DNA of 64,000 bases, from the IMG/VR virus record IMGVR_UViG_3300012956_000012, positions 32,001 to 96,000 of that record, one strand, 5' to 3'. Positions within the stretch are counted from its first letter, which is position 1. Every line of letters begins with the position of its first letter. Positions 50,580 to 59,481 of the stretch are shown here, piece by piece. Under the pieces are notes generated by a model. The model was given only the letters and a program-made list of their open reading frames with translations, ran no database searches and had not been told where the DNA came from. The position numbers and the translations under genes were made by a program. The stretch comes from a virus. Its lineage: Duplodnaviria; Caudoviricetes.

Positions 50580-53330
50580 CTAATTTTTATTCATAGCTGC
50601 TACTCTTTCTGCGGACTTTCTCTTTTCGATACTCTCATTTAGAGCTTTAGCTTTTAAATTCAAGTCTTGAAATTTGATATTGACATTATCTTCATGCATT
50701 TTTTCTTTAAGCTTGAAGTTGTTTGCATCTGCTTCAATCTTACCTTCAATCCTAGCATCATCTTGAGCTTGCTTAGCTGCTTGTTCAATAGCTTGGAAGC
50801 CTTGTGGATCAGATTGCTTATCTGAAGCCCTTCCTAATGCTCCTAATCTAGCTGATTGTATTTTAGCCTCGTTATTCATTTGAGCTAAAGTAAACTCGCG
50901 TTGATCTTTTCTATCTTCAACCATTTGGATATTCTGAGCTCTCTTATCTTCAAGCTCAAGATTTCTTTGGTGTGTTAACTGATCTTGCTGCTCTCTAGAT
51001 TTTCTTTCAAGGTTTGCAATTTCAAGTGCCTCTCTCATTGTATCAGAAGAAAGTAGTTTTGCAAATTCAATAGTATCTGATGCCATTGTATTGTTCGACA
51101 TCATATATTGTTTGAATTGTTCCAGCTCTTTTCTTTTTCTTGAGTCCTCAGACGGTATAACTCCTATTCTTCTTAAAGGAAGTTTCTCATCAACGTGACT
51201 GAGATATGCGATACTTGCATCACTTTTAGTGTAGAATAAAGAAATATCTTTGTTGTTACTTTGCGCATGTTGTGCTACTGCTAAATGTAAATTCCATGCT
51301 CCTTTTTTGTAGAAGGAGAATTCTTCGTATAATTCTGATACTTGAGCGAAGGAAACATCTTGACTTGTTCTGACTCCTTCTGCTGTTTCATATTTAGTAG
51401 GTTGTCCTACCATTCCTTGGTTAATTCCAATTACTTCCCAAGCCTTTCTCTGATATACATCAGCTAATTGAATCCTGTTTGCAATTTGGTTTGTATAACT
51501 AATATCATACGTACTGAATTGGTTAAACGTGGATGCTGTCTTCTGACCATCTTGTGTGGTAGCTACCGGCATGATACCAGTTTCTTTGGCTATGTTTCTA
51601 AGATGTATAAATGCTTCTTCTGCGTCACCATATCCTGCATACTCTGCTGGGATCATTTGTACGTCCATTAAGAAGAACAGACCAATCTCTTTCTCAAGTA
51701 AAGAGAATATTTGGTTTAGGCATAAGTTGTACTGAGCTTGATAAGGTGCTATTTTAGCTGCCGGCGATGGTCCAATTATTCCTGCGACAGGTAATTGTCT
51801 TTGGAAAGGTGTGTCTCCAGGTATCTGGTTTTCCATCTTTCTGCAGTATACATATAAAGGCTCGTTTAAATTAGGGCTCTGTACTTTTACGCCTTCGTAG
51901 GTGTTTTCAGTTAGTACCCACTGTAAGGTGTTCGCTTCAAACTTCTCAACAACATCTACTAATGACTCTTTGAAGGTCTGCTTGATCTCATTCTCTTTTA
52001 AGAAATCTTCTAAAATGTCTTCAGTTACTTCTACTGTCTCTAAACGTCCATACTCATTTTCATAAGTTAGATATCCATAATAGTCGTATGCGATGAAGTA
52101 AACTTCTGTTACTTGGCAAAGCTCAGTAGAATGCTCATAGTCATTTCTTAGAACTCGTGCAAAGTAGTTATATCTTCCAACACCATCTCCGTACATTCTA
52201 GGTAAGAACCTGTCAGATTTAGAATGTGTCCCGTCCCCGTTTACACCGGTATATTCTCCCATTGGAATCCCAAGCTCATCTTGTATTCCTAATGCAAAGT
52301 TGTAATCAAAGTACCCATCAAAAGGTACTTGAACTGGTTTGTTAAAGTTATTATTTATGGCTGTGTTAATAGATCCTTCCATTACTCCACCGCCCATATA
52401 AGAGTCCCAACTATTTGATCCTCCTAAAAGTTTTTTCTGCTTGTCAGTCGGAATATGATGTCCATATTCTCTGATTACTTCAGATGGTAAGTAAAAATGC
52501 AATCTACCTACGTATGATCTGTATTGAACTCTTGGTTCATCAATTTCTTTTGAGAAGAAAGTGTTCTTAGGACTCCACGTTTTTGGATAATACCTGTCGT
52601 ATCCTAATTTATATTCTCTGAAACACCTACCAGTTAGTAAATAATCTTTGAATTCCTCCTTCTCCATTCGGCCCAAGACAAATTGCTCTCTGTCTCGTTC
52701 CATGGTTGCTTCACCCCACTGTACACCTAAAGTTTTAAATGATTTTTTGGAATCATTCTCAGTTGACTTTGGTGTATACTCAGCTTTGAATTGTTCAAGT
52801 TGCTGCATGTAGGCTTGCTGCTCTTCTGGTGATTCGAATTGTTTACCTTCTGGGGTAAAGCCATTCTTAACCATATGCATATCAACCTCATTCTTGATTA
52901 CGTTTTTCAAATAAGTCTGGATTTCCTCATTCTTGTAACGTAGGTATTCACTTTCTGCAACTTCCCCTGTATCTACTACGTGGAATTTATCTTGTAGGTC
53001 GATGTACTTACCTATTAAGGCATTCATAATTACACCAAGTATATCGTAGTGTTTTAAGAATGTAGGTACTCCGACTCCATCCAGTAAGTCTTGAATACCT
53101 CTTAGGTGCGGGATCACTTCTGAAAGTTCTTGGAAAGCAATCTGACCATCTACCATACGGTAATAGTCCCAAAAGGCCATATTCTCTCTGAATTGCTCAA
53201 AAGCAATATACTCAAAAGAGTCTAAAACGGCCTTTTTCCATTTATCTTTTTCCTTAACTTTTTTTCTTTCGTGTAGTGATGGTAAAATACCACTCCTGTG
53301 TACGTTATTAAACCAATCAGTTTGATACAT
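50580..53330 (-). CDS. Portal protein
   Basis: LKHYDILG, DYLLTGRCF, PYQAQYN and FNQF motifs, downstream of TerL. ATG at 53330 preferred over TTG at 53339. Confidence 0.85.
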   Translation of the reverse strand: MYQTDWFNNVHRSGILPSLHERKKVKEKDKWKKAVLDSFEYIAFEQFRENMAFWDYYRMVDGQIAFQELSEVIPHLRGIQDLLDGVGVPTFLKHYDILGVIMNALIGKYIDLQDKFHVVDTGEVAESEYLRYKNEEIQTYLKNVIKNEVDMHMVKNGFTPEGKQFESPEEQQAYMQQLEQFKAEYTPKSTENDSKKSFKTLGVQWGEATMERDREQFVLGRMEKEEFKDYLLTGRCFREYKLGYDRYYPKTWSPKNTFFSKEIDEPRVQYRSYVGRLHFYLPSEVIREYGHHIPTDKQKKLLGGSNSWDSYMGGGVMEGSINTAINNNFNKPVQVPFDGYFDYNFALGIQDELGIPMGEYTGVNGDGTHSKSDRFLPRMYGDGVGRYNYFARVLRNDYEHSTELCQVTEVYFIAYDYYGYLTYENEYGRLETVEVTEDILEDFLKENEIKQTFKESLVDVVEKFEANTLQWVLTENTYEGVKVQSPNLNEPLYVYCRKMENQIPGDTPFQRQLPVAGIIGPSPAAKIAPYQAQYNLCLNQIFSLLEKEIGLFFLMDVQMIPAEYAGYGDAEEAFIHLRNIAKETGIMPVATTQDGQKTASTFNQFSTYDISYTNQIANRIQLADVYQRKAWEVIGINQGMVGQPTKYETAEGVRTSQDVSFAQVSELYEEFSFYKKGAWNLHLAVAQHAQSNNKDISLFYTKSDASIAYLSHVDEKLPLRRIGVIPSEDSRKRKELEQFKQYMMSNNTMASDTIEFAKLLSSDTMREALEIANLERKSREQQDQLTHQRNLELEDKRAQNIQMVEDRKDQREFTLAQMNNEAKIQSARLGALGRASDKQSDPQGFQAIEQAAKQAQDDARIEGKIEADANNFKLKEKMHEDNVNIKFQDLNLKAKALNESIEKRKSAERVAAMNKN

Positions 53331-53336
53331 TGTAGA

Positions 53337-53367
53337 CAAAATTAGCTCTTACGCAGAAATTCTCAAA
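53337..53367 (-). promoter_or_regulatory. Promoter TTTG-N19-TAATTTTG
   Basis: CAAAATTA 53337-53344 and CAAA 53364-53367. Confidence 0.75.
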
Positions 53368-53394
53368 AAATGTTGCCTATTTTAGTAGGATGTG

Positions 53395-55467
53395 TTAAAA
53401 TGGATTGTGTCTTCTTCTTCCGTAAGGATTCCTAATTTGGTTAACTTTTTTCTTGGGGGCTTCTTGTTGGTTACGCATTGTCTCTTTCTTAGGTACTACT
53501 CCTTTTTCATCAAGCCTTTGTGCATAAACAAGTGCGTGAGAAAATGCTGCAATACGGTCATAATTGCCTCCTTTTCTGTAGGATGCCATTTCTTGAAGAA
53601 GTTCAATGTCATCTACAAAATCAACTCCGTATTTTATTATTTGATGTCCCTCTTCATCCTGTCCAACCACATGTTCCTCCTTAGTCCACTCAACAGTTGA
53701 TTTAATTCTAAAACTATTGTTTTGTGTTGTTGGGTAAAGTCCGTATCTTGAATTTAACGATGGCTCCTTACCATCTTTTGTTTTTGTAAAAGTAAAGGCT
53801 TTACATAAATATTTATCAGCTTCTTTTCTTAAATCTAAGTATTTCTGAAATCCTAAATCGGCTGCCTCAAGATTACACTCTGCATTGTAAGCTTTTATTA
53901 CATCTCTGGCAGTTACGTCAAATTCACTCTGCCTGTAAGGTCTTGCTACATAGGATGCTGCAATTCTTTCACATGGGGAGTTGGGGGCTAGGTTTCGTCT
54001 TAATATAACATACAAGGCCCCTAGTGATCCGTCATCAGCTTGCTCTAATTTATAGTAGTCCATTCCAGACACAAACATATCTTCCACCGGTGGTGTCTGC
54101 GGAACATCGATGTACATCTTGATTGGAGCATCTACTTCTGAGCCTTTGTATTCTAAATCAGCTAATTTTTTATTTGAGAATTTATAGACTGTTTTCGAAC
54201 CTTCTTTTTCAAACTCAACTGCTTTGAATTGCTGATCATCTTGTAATTCTTTAATCCTTCTGTTAATCAGAGAAACTGGGAAAGGGTTGGCGCCGGACGT
54301 CAGCCAGATGTCGTCAATATTTAAAGGGAAGTACATTCTTACCTTATCCTTTCCATCTTCCTCTTTCTGTTCTGCGATCATTTCTAGGATACGCTTTGTA
54401 GCCTTTTCCCAATCAGTTACATTTACAACAATCTTTTTTAATTCTGGGGAATTTATTCCTACAAGATTTGCCAGATTAGTTTCGATTTTAGGTACATCCA
54501 AACGTGTTGACATTTGACCAGGTACAAAGATTGAGAACTTGTCTTTCTTACTTTCATTCCATGTTATAGCTTCCTCTGGAATATTTCTTTCCAATCTATT
54601 CCAGTCCATAGGTTTTAATCTGTAGGCTTCTGGATTACTGAGCATTTCTTTAGATGCTTTTGATAAAGTATCGTTACCACTTGTTCCGGCTAATATATGA
54701 ACCAACTTTGCCCCATCTGGTGTTATAAAGGAAGGTAGTGCTGATCTTAACAACTCTCTTGGGTCCCATTTACCTCCCTCATCTAGGATGTACCCAACTG
54801 GGTTACCTCCGGCACCTTTCTCAGATTTCTTATCTTTACCTGCATCAGCATTTGTAATCTGTAAGTATGAGTGTGTAAAGCGAGTGTTTCCATCTTTTAA
54901 TTTCAAACCTAATTCTACTTGCTTGTCCCAGTCATTTACTAATGTTGGTATATAGATAGCTGGGTGTAAATTTGTTAGGGCAACTTTGATTGTTTTCGAT
55001 ATCTGCTTTAAATCGGGATCTGATCCTCCAGTAATAGTTGTAGTTCCATTTGGTTTTGTAACGTTTAACCAGGTAGTTACACATGAGATGTTAGTTGTTT
55101 TGTGCACACCACGGGCTCCAAACATATACATACCCATATCAGTTTTTTCACAGTCGTGATAGGAATCAACAAAATACAAGAAATTGTCTGTCAATGGTGG
55201 TACCCTAATAATCTCCTCCATCCTTCCGTAATTATTCTTTGTAGGGATAGGTGTGTGGAAGAAATTCAAGTTATAATACAGTAGCGGGTGAATATAGTAT
55301 CCACCAATCATAACTCCCTCTGTTATTTTTCGAATCTCTTCTTCATAAAATTGTATTACATCAGTTGTTTGTTCCCAGTAAGATTTTTTATGATTGTATA
55401 CCGGTGGATTTTTCATGTTAATGAAAAGCTCCTTTGATGTAAGATATTCTGGTTTAGTCTCTTTCAT
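53395..55467 (-). CDS. terL: Terminase large subunit
   Basis: YYNLNF, Walker A-like GARGVHKT, Walker B YILDEGG, AGTSG coupling motif, nuclease SGMDYY and GNYDRIAA. Confidence 0.9.
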   Translation of the reverse strand: MKETKPEYLTSKELFINMKNPPVYNHKKSYWEQTTDVIQFYEEEIRKITEGVMIGGYYIHPLLYYNLNFFHTPIPTKNNYGRMEEIIRVPPLTDNFLYFVDSYHDCEKTDMGMYMFGARGVHKTTNISCVTTWLNVTKPNGTTTITGGSDPDLKQISKTIKVALTNLHPAIYIPTLVNDWDKQVELGLKLKDGNTRFTHSYLQITNADAGKDKKSEKGAGGNPVGYILDEGGKWDPRELLRSALPSFITPDGAKLVHILAGTSGNDTLSKASKEMLSNPEAYRLKPMDWNRLERNIPEEAITWNESKKDKFSIFVPGQMSTRLDVPKIETNLANLVGINSPELKKIVVNVTDWEKATKRILEMIAEQKEEDGKDKVRMYFPLNIDDIWLTSGANPFPVSLINRRIKELQDDQQFKAVEFEKEGSKTVYKFSNKKLADLEYKGSEVDAPIKMYIDVPQTPPVEDMFVSGMDYYKLEQADDGSLGALYVILRRNLAPNSPCERIAASYVARPYRQSEFDVTARDVIKAYNAECNLEAADLGFQKYLDLRKEADKYLCKAFTFTKTKDGKEPSLNSRYGLYPTTQNNSFRIKSTVEWTKEEHVVGQDEEGHQIIKYGVDFVDDIELLQEMASYRKGGNYDRIAAFSHALVYAQRLDEKGVVPKKETMRNQQEAPKKKVNQIRNPYGRRRHNPF

Positions 55468-55470
55468 ATT

Positions 55471-55506
55471 AAAAACAGAAAGAGCCCTCTTTAATTGGAG
55501 GGCTTT
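55471..55506 (-). terminator. Terminator-like hairpin just upstream of terL
   Basis: AGAGCCCTC-TTTAATTG-GAGGGCTTT, then TTCTGTTTTT on the minus strand. Confidence 0.65.
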
Positions 55507-55970
55507 TCAAATCTTGGTGAATTGTAAAATTTTTCGTAGTCTAGAGTTCGAAGTTTCTCTGCCATTCCTTGGCTGTGAAGATCGTATTGTTCTTTATCAG
55601 CTACGATTATTGATCCAGCTTGTACAGCGAACATTCTATCTTTTTTAGTGATTTCCTTGAATGCTGCATCTTGCTCTTCTGTTAGCTCCAAATCTACATC
55701 CATGAGTGTTGCTAAAATCTTGTGCTCACCTAAGATGTCTATTTTGGCGACATAATCTTGATAGAGTGGAGCTACTTTAAAACTGTCTTGAATGATATTA
55801 TCAATACATTGTTTTACTGAAGCATCGTCGTGAGTTATGTTTTTTGATTTTAACTCTGTCAGAATTTTTGAATTTGTTTCAATATTCTGCTGCAGACGTT
55901 TCAATTCAAAATCAAAAACTCCTAACGCCTCAAGCTCACTTCTTACTCTTCCCTGTAGTATTTCTTTCAT
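55491..55970 (-). CDS. Hypothetical helical protein
   Basis: ORF in the operon. Confidence 0.7.
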   Translation of the reverse strand: MKEILQGRVRSELEALGVFDFELKRLQQNIETNSKILTELKSKNITHDDASVKQCIDNIIQDSFKVAPLYQDYVAKIDILGEHKILATLMDVDLELTEEQDAAFKEITKKDRMFAVQAGSIIVADKEQYDLHSQGMAEKLRTLDYEKFYNSPRFEKPSN

Positions 55971-56307
55971 TTATTTCTGCTTTTGCGTCTAATTTATCCA
56001 ATTCTTCGTAAGAGATTGTCTGACCAGATTCGATGTGCTTAATATGTTCTCGCATCATCTGAACAGCTACTTTGTCAGCATCTTCTGTTAAACGATCTAC
56101 AAATTTATTAACTGACTCTCTGAATGACTCTAAGGTTACTCGTACATTTGCATTGTGTTGAACAATTTGTGAAAATGTTGTTCCAGAAATTGTAACATCT
56201 ACTCCGTTTTCGTAGCCTTGATTTTTATACTTGTCCTCTCCTATCTTTGCAAGCATTTCATCCAACTCTTGTTGGACCTTGTTGATTTGTTCTTGTTGTT
56301 CTTCCAT
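55936..56307 (-). CDS. Hypothetical protein
   Basis: ORF in the operon. Confidence 0.7.
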   Translation of the reverse strand: MEEQQEQINKVQQELDEMLAKIGEDKYKNQGYENGVDVTISGTTFSQIVQHNANVRVTLESFRESVNKFVDRLTEDADKVAVQMMREHIKHIESGQTISYEELDKLDAKAEINERNTTGKSKK

Positions 56308-56313
56308 CTGTTA

Positions 56314-56529
56314 TTAAAAATTATCGTTTGCTGGTGCTTTTTCTCTAATCATTGCTGTTATACAAACTCTGTATAAATCTTGATCAGATACAGTTAATAA
56401 ATCTTCTTTGGTCCAGTTACCTTCACTTAGTATAGTCATCATTGAAAAAAGTGTCTGTCCTAATGTGTAATCTGGTAATTCTTCTCTAAATTTCGCCAGA
56501 TCCTTATCTAGCAGCGCTCTCTTATTCAT
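56314..56529 (-). CDS. Hypothetical protein
   Basis: ORF with ATGA overlap. Confidence 0.7.
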   Translation of the reverse strand: MNKRALLDKDLAKFREELPDYTLGQTLFSMMTILSEGNWTKEDLLTVSDQDLYRVCITAMIREKAPANDNF

Positions 56530-57173
56530 CCTATTGTTGTGTGTAAGTCTATTGTGAATGTATTTATTTTTGTTGGTGCCTTATAATAATGTATCATAAG
56601 TTTTCGATCGTTTCTACCTTTTTTAAATCCAGTTGTAGACATTACAAAAGTTATCACAGCTGTTCTGTCATTTTCCATCTCTAGCGTGGGAGTCAAACAA
56701 CCACAACTTGGTTCTAGATTTTTAATCTCTAGTTTGTGACTACACTTCATTTTGATCTTAAACATTACAACCGGTCTTACTTCGTCAACAGATACTACAA
56801 ATGTGCTGTCAGGGGTTGGTTGAAAAGTTACCACCTCTGGGTTCAAATTTTCCACTGAAATGGCTGAATCGTTCGGAGTTAATGTTTCAAGTGAATTCCA
56901 TTTTGGAGGTTTGTTCTCATATTCCAAAAGTGCACATACACTTGATTTTACAGCAGCTTTACGATCGACAGGACATCCGCAAAGTTTACATGATCCTTTT
57001 GGTCCAATTGTTTTTGATTTTAAGTAGTCAAAAACACCTCCGTTTCCAGTTACTGCAGTATTGTGTTCACATGACAAACAAGACTTCATCCTCTCTTGGT
57101 ACCAAGCCTCATTCTCTGGAATTTCGTTTATATAAGCTGAAAGTATCTGTTTTCCCTTATCTATCTTTTTCAT
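56526..57173 (-). CDS. Cys-cluster domain fused to a DUF1573-like Ig domain
   Basis: RMKSCLSC...CKLCGC...K...C...KW, then PSCGCLTP. Confidence 0.6.
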   Translation of the reverse strand: MKKIDKGKQILSAYINEIPENEAWYQERMKSCLSCEHNTAVTGNGGVFDYLKSKTIGPKGSCKLCGCPVDRKAAVKSSVCALLEYENKPPKWNSLETLTPNDSAISVENLNPEVVTFQPTPDSTFVVSVDEVRPVVMFKIKMKCSHKLEIKNLEPSCGCLTPTLEMENDRTAVITFVMSTTGFKKGRNDRKLMIHYYKAPTKINTFTIDLHTTIG

Positions 57174-57570
57174 AATGTTCGTTTTGTTTTTCCTGCATTT
57201 GTTCTCTTGTCAATCCAGTTGTAAGGTATAAGTTTGAGATTCTTTTGCTTTGCCTGTAAAGCCAGTTGTCTTGCATTGATCTCATATCCTCTTCCTTATT
57301 CCTCAGTTTTTCTACCATTGCTGATCGATACTCAGTGTTGTAGAACTTATGGGCCTGTTTAAGTTTTCTTATTAATGCTTTGTATCTGATGTAGAAAGTT
57401 CCTAAACCTCCCCAGTATATTGCATGAATACCTGGTTCTGTAGATTTGTTTTTTAACTGTTGAACTAAGAAGTTGTATACACTTAGTATTTGAGCTTCTG
57501 TCATTCCAGATTTTTCAACAGCTAATTTGATCACATCATTAGTCGTTGCTATCTCTTTTTTTGGTCCCAC
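57157..57570 (-). CDS. HU/IHF-like DNA-binding protein
   Basis: DVIKLAVEKSGMTEAQILSVY...IYWGGLGTFY pattern. Confidence 0.6.
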   Translation of the reverse strand: MGPKKEIATTNDVIKLAVEKSGMTEAQILSVYNFLVQQLKNKSTEPGIHAIYWGGLGTFYIRYKALIRKLKQAHKFYNTEYRSAMVEKLRNKEEDMRSMQDNWLYRQSKRISNLYLTTGLTREQMQEKQNEHYEKDR

Positions 57571-58036
57571 TTCTACTTACTAATTTTACTGTAAACATTG
57601 GCTCATCTTTGTGAACCAAATAGTAGTTTCTTAATTCCAACAACCCGCTGTTTAATGTATCCATTCCGGTTCTCATCGGATTCTTAATTGTGAATCCTAA
57701 ATTTCTAAGATCAGCGTTCAATGAGTTTAAAGACGTTTTTTCAATGTTCAAAACATCTAGAGCCAATTTTCTAGATTCCTTATCATTGATACCTTGCAGG
57801 AAATATATCGACAACAAGTGGAGCAATTGTGGTCTAAGTAGTTTAGTAGATGTTCCATCCAAAACTCTAGCTACACAATACATTGTGATCAATCCATATA
57901 CCAATTCAAATTCATCTTCTGAGTAAATAGTTACTCCATATTTTGGGTTAAATACATCTTTAATATTTTGTGGACATTCGTCTGTTTTTGTAAAAGCCAC
58001 TAAGGTCTTTATGGCTGATGAAACTTCTTCCTGCAT
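57539..58036 (-). CDS. Putative winged-HTH protein
   Basis: LALDVLNIEKTSLNSLNADLRNLGF. ATG at 58036 preferred to TTG at 58054. Confidence 0.5.
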   Translation of the reverse strand: MQEEVSSAIKTLVAFTKTDECPQNIKDVFNPKYGVTIYSEDEFELVYGLITMYCVARVLDGTSTKLLRPQLLHLLSIYFLQGINDKESRKLALDVLNIEKTSLNSLNADLRNLGFTIKNPMRTGMDTLNSGLLELRNYYLVHKDEPMFTVKLVSRSGTKKRDSND

Positions 58037-58051
58037 TCGATATAATTTCTG

Positions 58052-58119
58052 CAAAGAAAATAATAAAATTCCATATTTCCAAACTTTTTAGGTTTATTTA
58101 ACTAAATATGGTAATTTTG
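58052..58119. promoter_or_regulatory. Divergent promoters at the strand switch
   Basis: Minus strand TTTG(58083-80)-N20-TTTCTTTG(58059-52); plus strand TAATTTTG at 58112-58119. Confidence 0.55.
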
Positions 58120-58136
58120 ACAACAAAACCAAAGTC

Positions 58137-58349
58137 ATGGATTACGAAACTTATTTTCACGAATGTTGGGATCAGATTAGTACTGATACCGTTTCACCAG
58201 AGAAGTATCAATCAAACTTGAAACTGATTCAAGAGATTACTTATGAACTATATAGGACTAATGAGGCATACGGAAACATGCCAATTTCTTTAGCTGGAAG
58301 AGTTCTATCAACTTTTTTTGAGGGCCTCCGTGTGAATGGTCTTCGTTAA
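58137..58349 (+). CDS. Hypothetical protein, 70 aa
   Basis: ORF downstream of a promoter box. Confidence 0.7.
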   Translation: MDYETYFHECWDQISTDTVSPEKYQSNLKLIQEITYELYRTNEAYGNMPISLAGRVLSTFFEGLRVNGLR

Positions 58350-58373
58350 AAAATACTAAATTTTACTATACTA

Positions 58374-58405
58374 TTTGGATTTCTTAGGAAGTGTTATTAT
58401 TTTTG
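58374..58405 (+). promoter_or_regulatory. Promoter TTTG-N20-TATTTTTG
   Basis: Exact consensus match. Confidence 0.75.
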
Positions 58406-58545
58406 TTGCTTATACTGTGAAAAATCTATAGCAAAAAACAATAAAAGGACATTTTTAAAATCCTCCTCGTAAGCTTTAACCTATTGTTTTTTTTGTATTT
58501 CACAGTACTAACACAAAAGGCTTACTTGGGGGATTTTTTATTTGT
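58406..58545 (+). promoter_or_regulatory. Structured 5' leader with interleaved inverted repeats (attenuator/pseudoknot-like)
   Basis: TACTGTGAAA/TTTCACAGTA, AAAAAACAATA/TATTGTTTTTT and AAAATCCTCC..GTAAGC/GCTTAC..GGGGGATTTT. Confidence 0.6.
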
Positions 58546-59379
58546 ATGGAATCAAAGATAGTTAGAATCCCTTCTCGGCTTTATAGCGATATCTACCAGG
58601 TTGGTGGGGATAAACTTCTTGCTGTATTCTGTACTTTAAAAGCTTATCGAGGAAAATCAGATAAGTATTATGCGTTCAAATCTAGGAACCATAAATCTAT
58701 TGGGGGTTATTCTCTCCTAAGATCAAAAACAAATTTATCATTAAGCGTTATTCAAAAGTACGTGCCTATGTTAATCAACATGGGCCTTTGTAGTATCGAC
58801 TCATCTGGTAATGTTTCTATCGCTGGAAATGATAAATTGAAATCTAAATTTAACAACAAACTTGTGCCAATTAGAATTGGAAAGAATTTTATTGACACAT
58901 CTTACAATACTATATCTGTTCGCCTTTCTTCTGAAGAGAGACAACAGCGTAGACAAATCGGTATAAAAACACATCGAAGAGACTTATTATTGCAATTGAA
59001 CGATCCTAAGACTGCAACTGCTTACAAAGAAGCTAAGCGTGTTGTAGACAAATATGGTTCAAGTATTTCCGTAACAGAGTGTGTAGTTATGTCAAACGCA
59101 GGATTTGCCGCCCTTAAAGATGGCACACAAAACAATAAGCACAAAGGAGCCTACTGGAAGAAGAAACTCAAACAAAAAGGGTTGATCTCTACCAAGAGAC
59201 GTTTTAAGCGTGTAATGAAGGCTTCCTTTGAAGAATACAAGCAGTATAGAGTTTTTTCTAACTGTCCACAGAATACCAAATACTCATACGGTTATATAGT
59301 AGAAGAATTAGTATCTAACTATAGTAGTATAGATTTAGTATCCGGGGAAATGATTAGTGAGCTTGCAATAGTTGGTTAA
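58546..59379 (+). CDS. Basic putative wHTH DNA-binding (Rep-like?) protein
   Basis: LRSKTNLSLSVIQKYVPMLINMGL HTH-like segment and a second KLKQKGLI segment. Confidence 0.5.
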   Translation: MESKIVRIPSRLYSDIYQVGGDKLLAVFCTLKAYRGKSDKYYAFKSRNHKSIGGYSLLRSKTNLSLSVIQKYVPMLINMGLCSIDSSGNVSIAGNDKLKSKFNNKLVPIRIGKNFIDTSYNTISVRLSSEERQQRRQIGIKTHRRDLLLQLNDPKTATAYKEAKRVVDKYGSSISVTECVVMSNAGFAALKDGTQNNKHKGAYWKKKLKQKGLISTKRRFKRVMKASFEEYKQYRVFSNCPQNTKYSYGYIVEELVSNYSSIDLVSGEMISELAIVG

Positions 59380-59436
59380 GAAAAAATACACGGACTATAT
59401 TTTTGTATTTAATTAGATTATTTTAACAGAATTAAC

Positions 59437-59467
59437 TTTGTTATTACATTTTTTGTAATTAATTTTA
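59437..59467 (+). promoter_or_regulatory. Promoter TTTG-N19-TAATTTTA upstream of recA
   Basis: TTTG 59437-59440 and TAATTTTA 59460-59467; an overlapping TAACTTTG at 59433. Confidence 0.55.
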
Positions 59468-59481
59468 CTGAAAATTATAGA

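Noticed and set aside
1-58000. Many short plus-strand ORFs in the track (and minus-strand ones after 59600)
   Set aside because: They are antisense shadows of long, tightly coupled genes and have no recognisable motifs.
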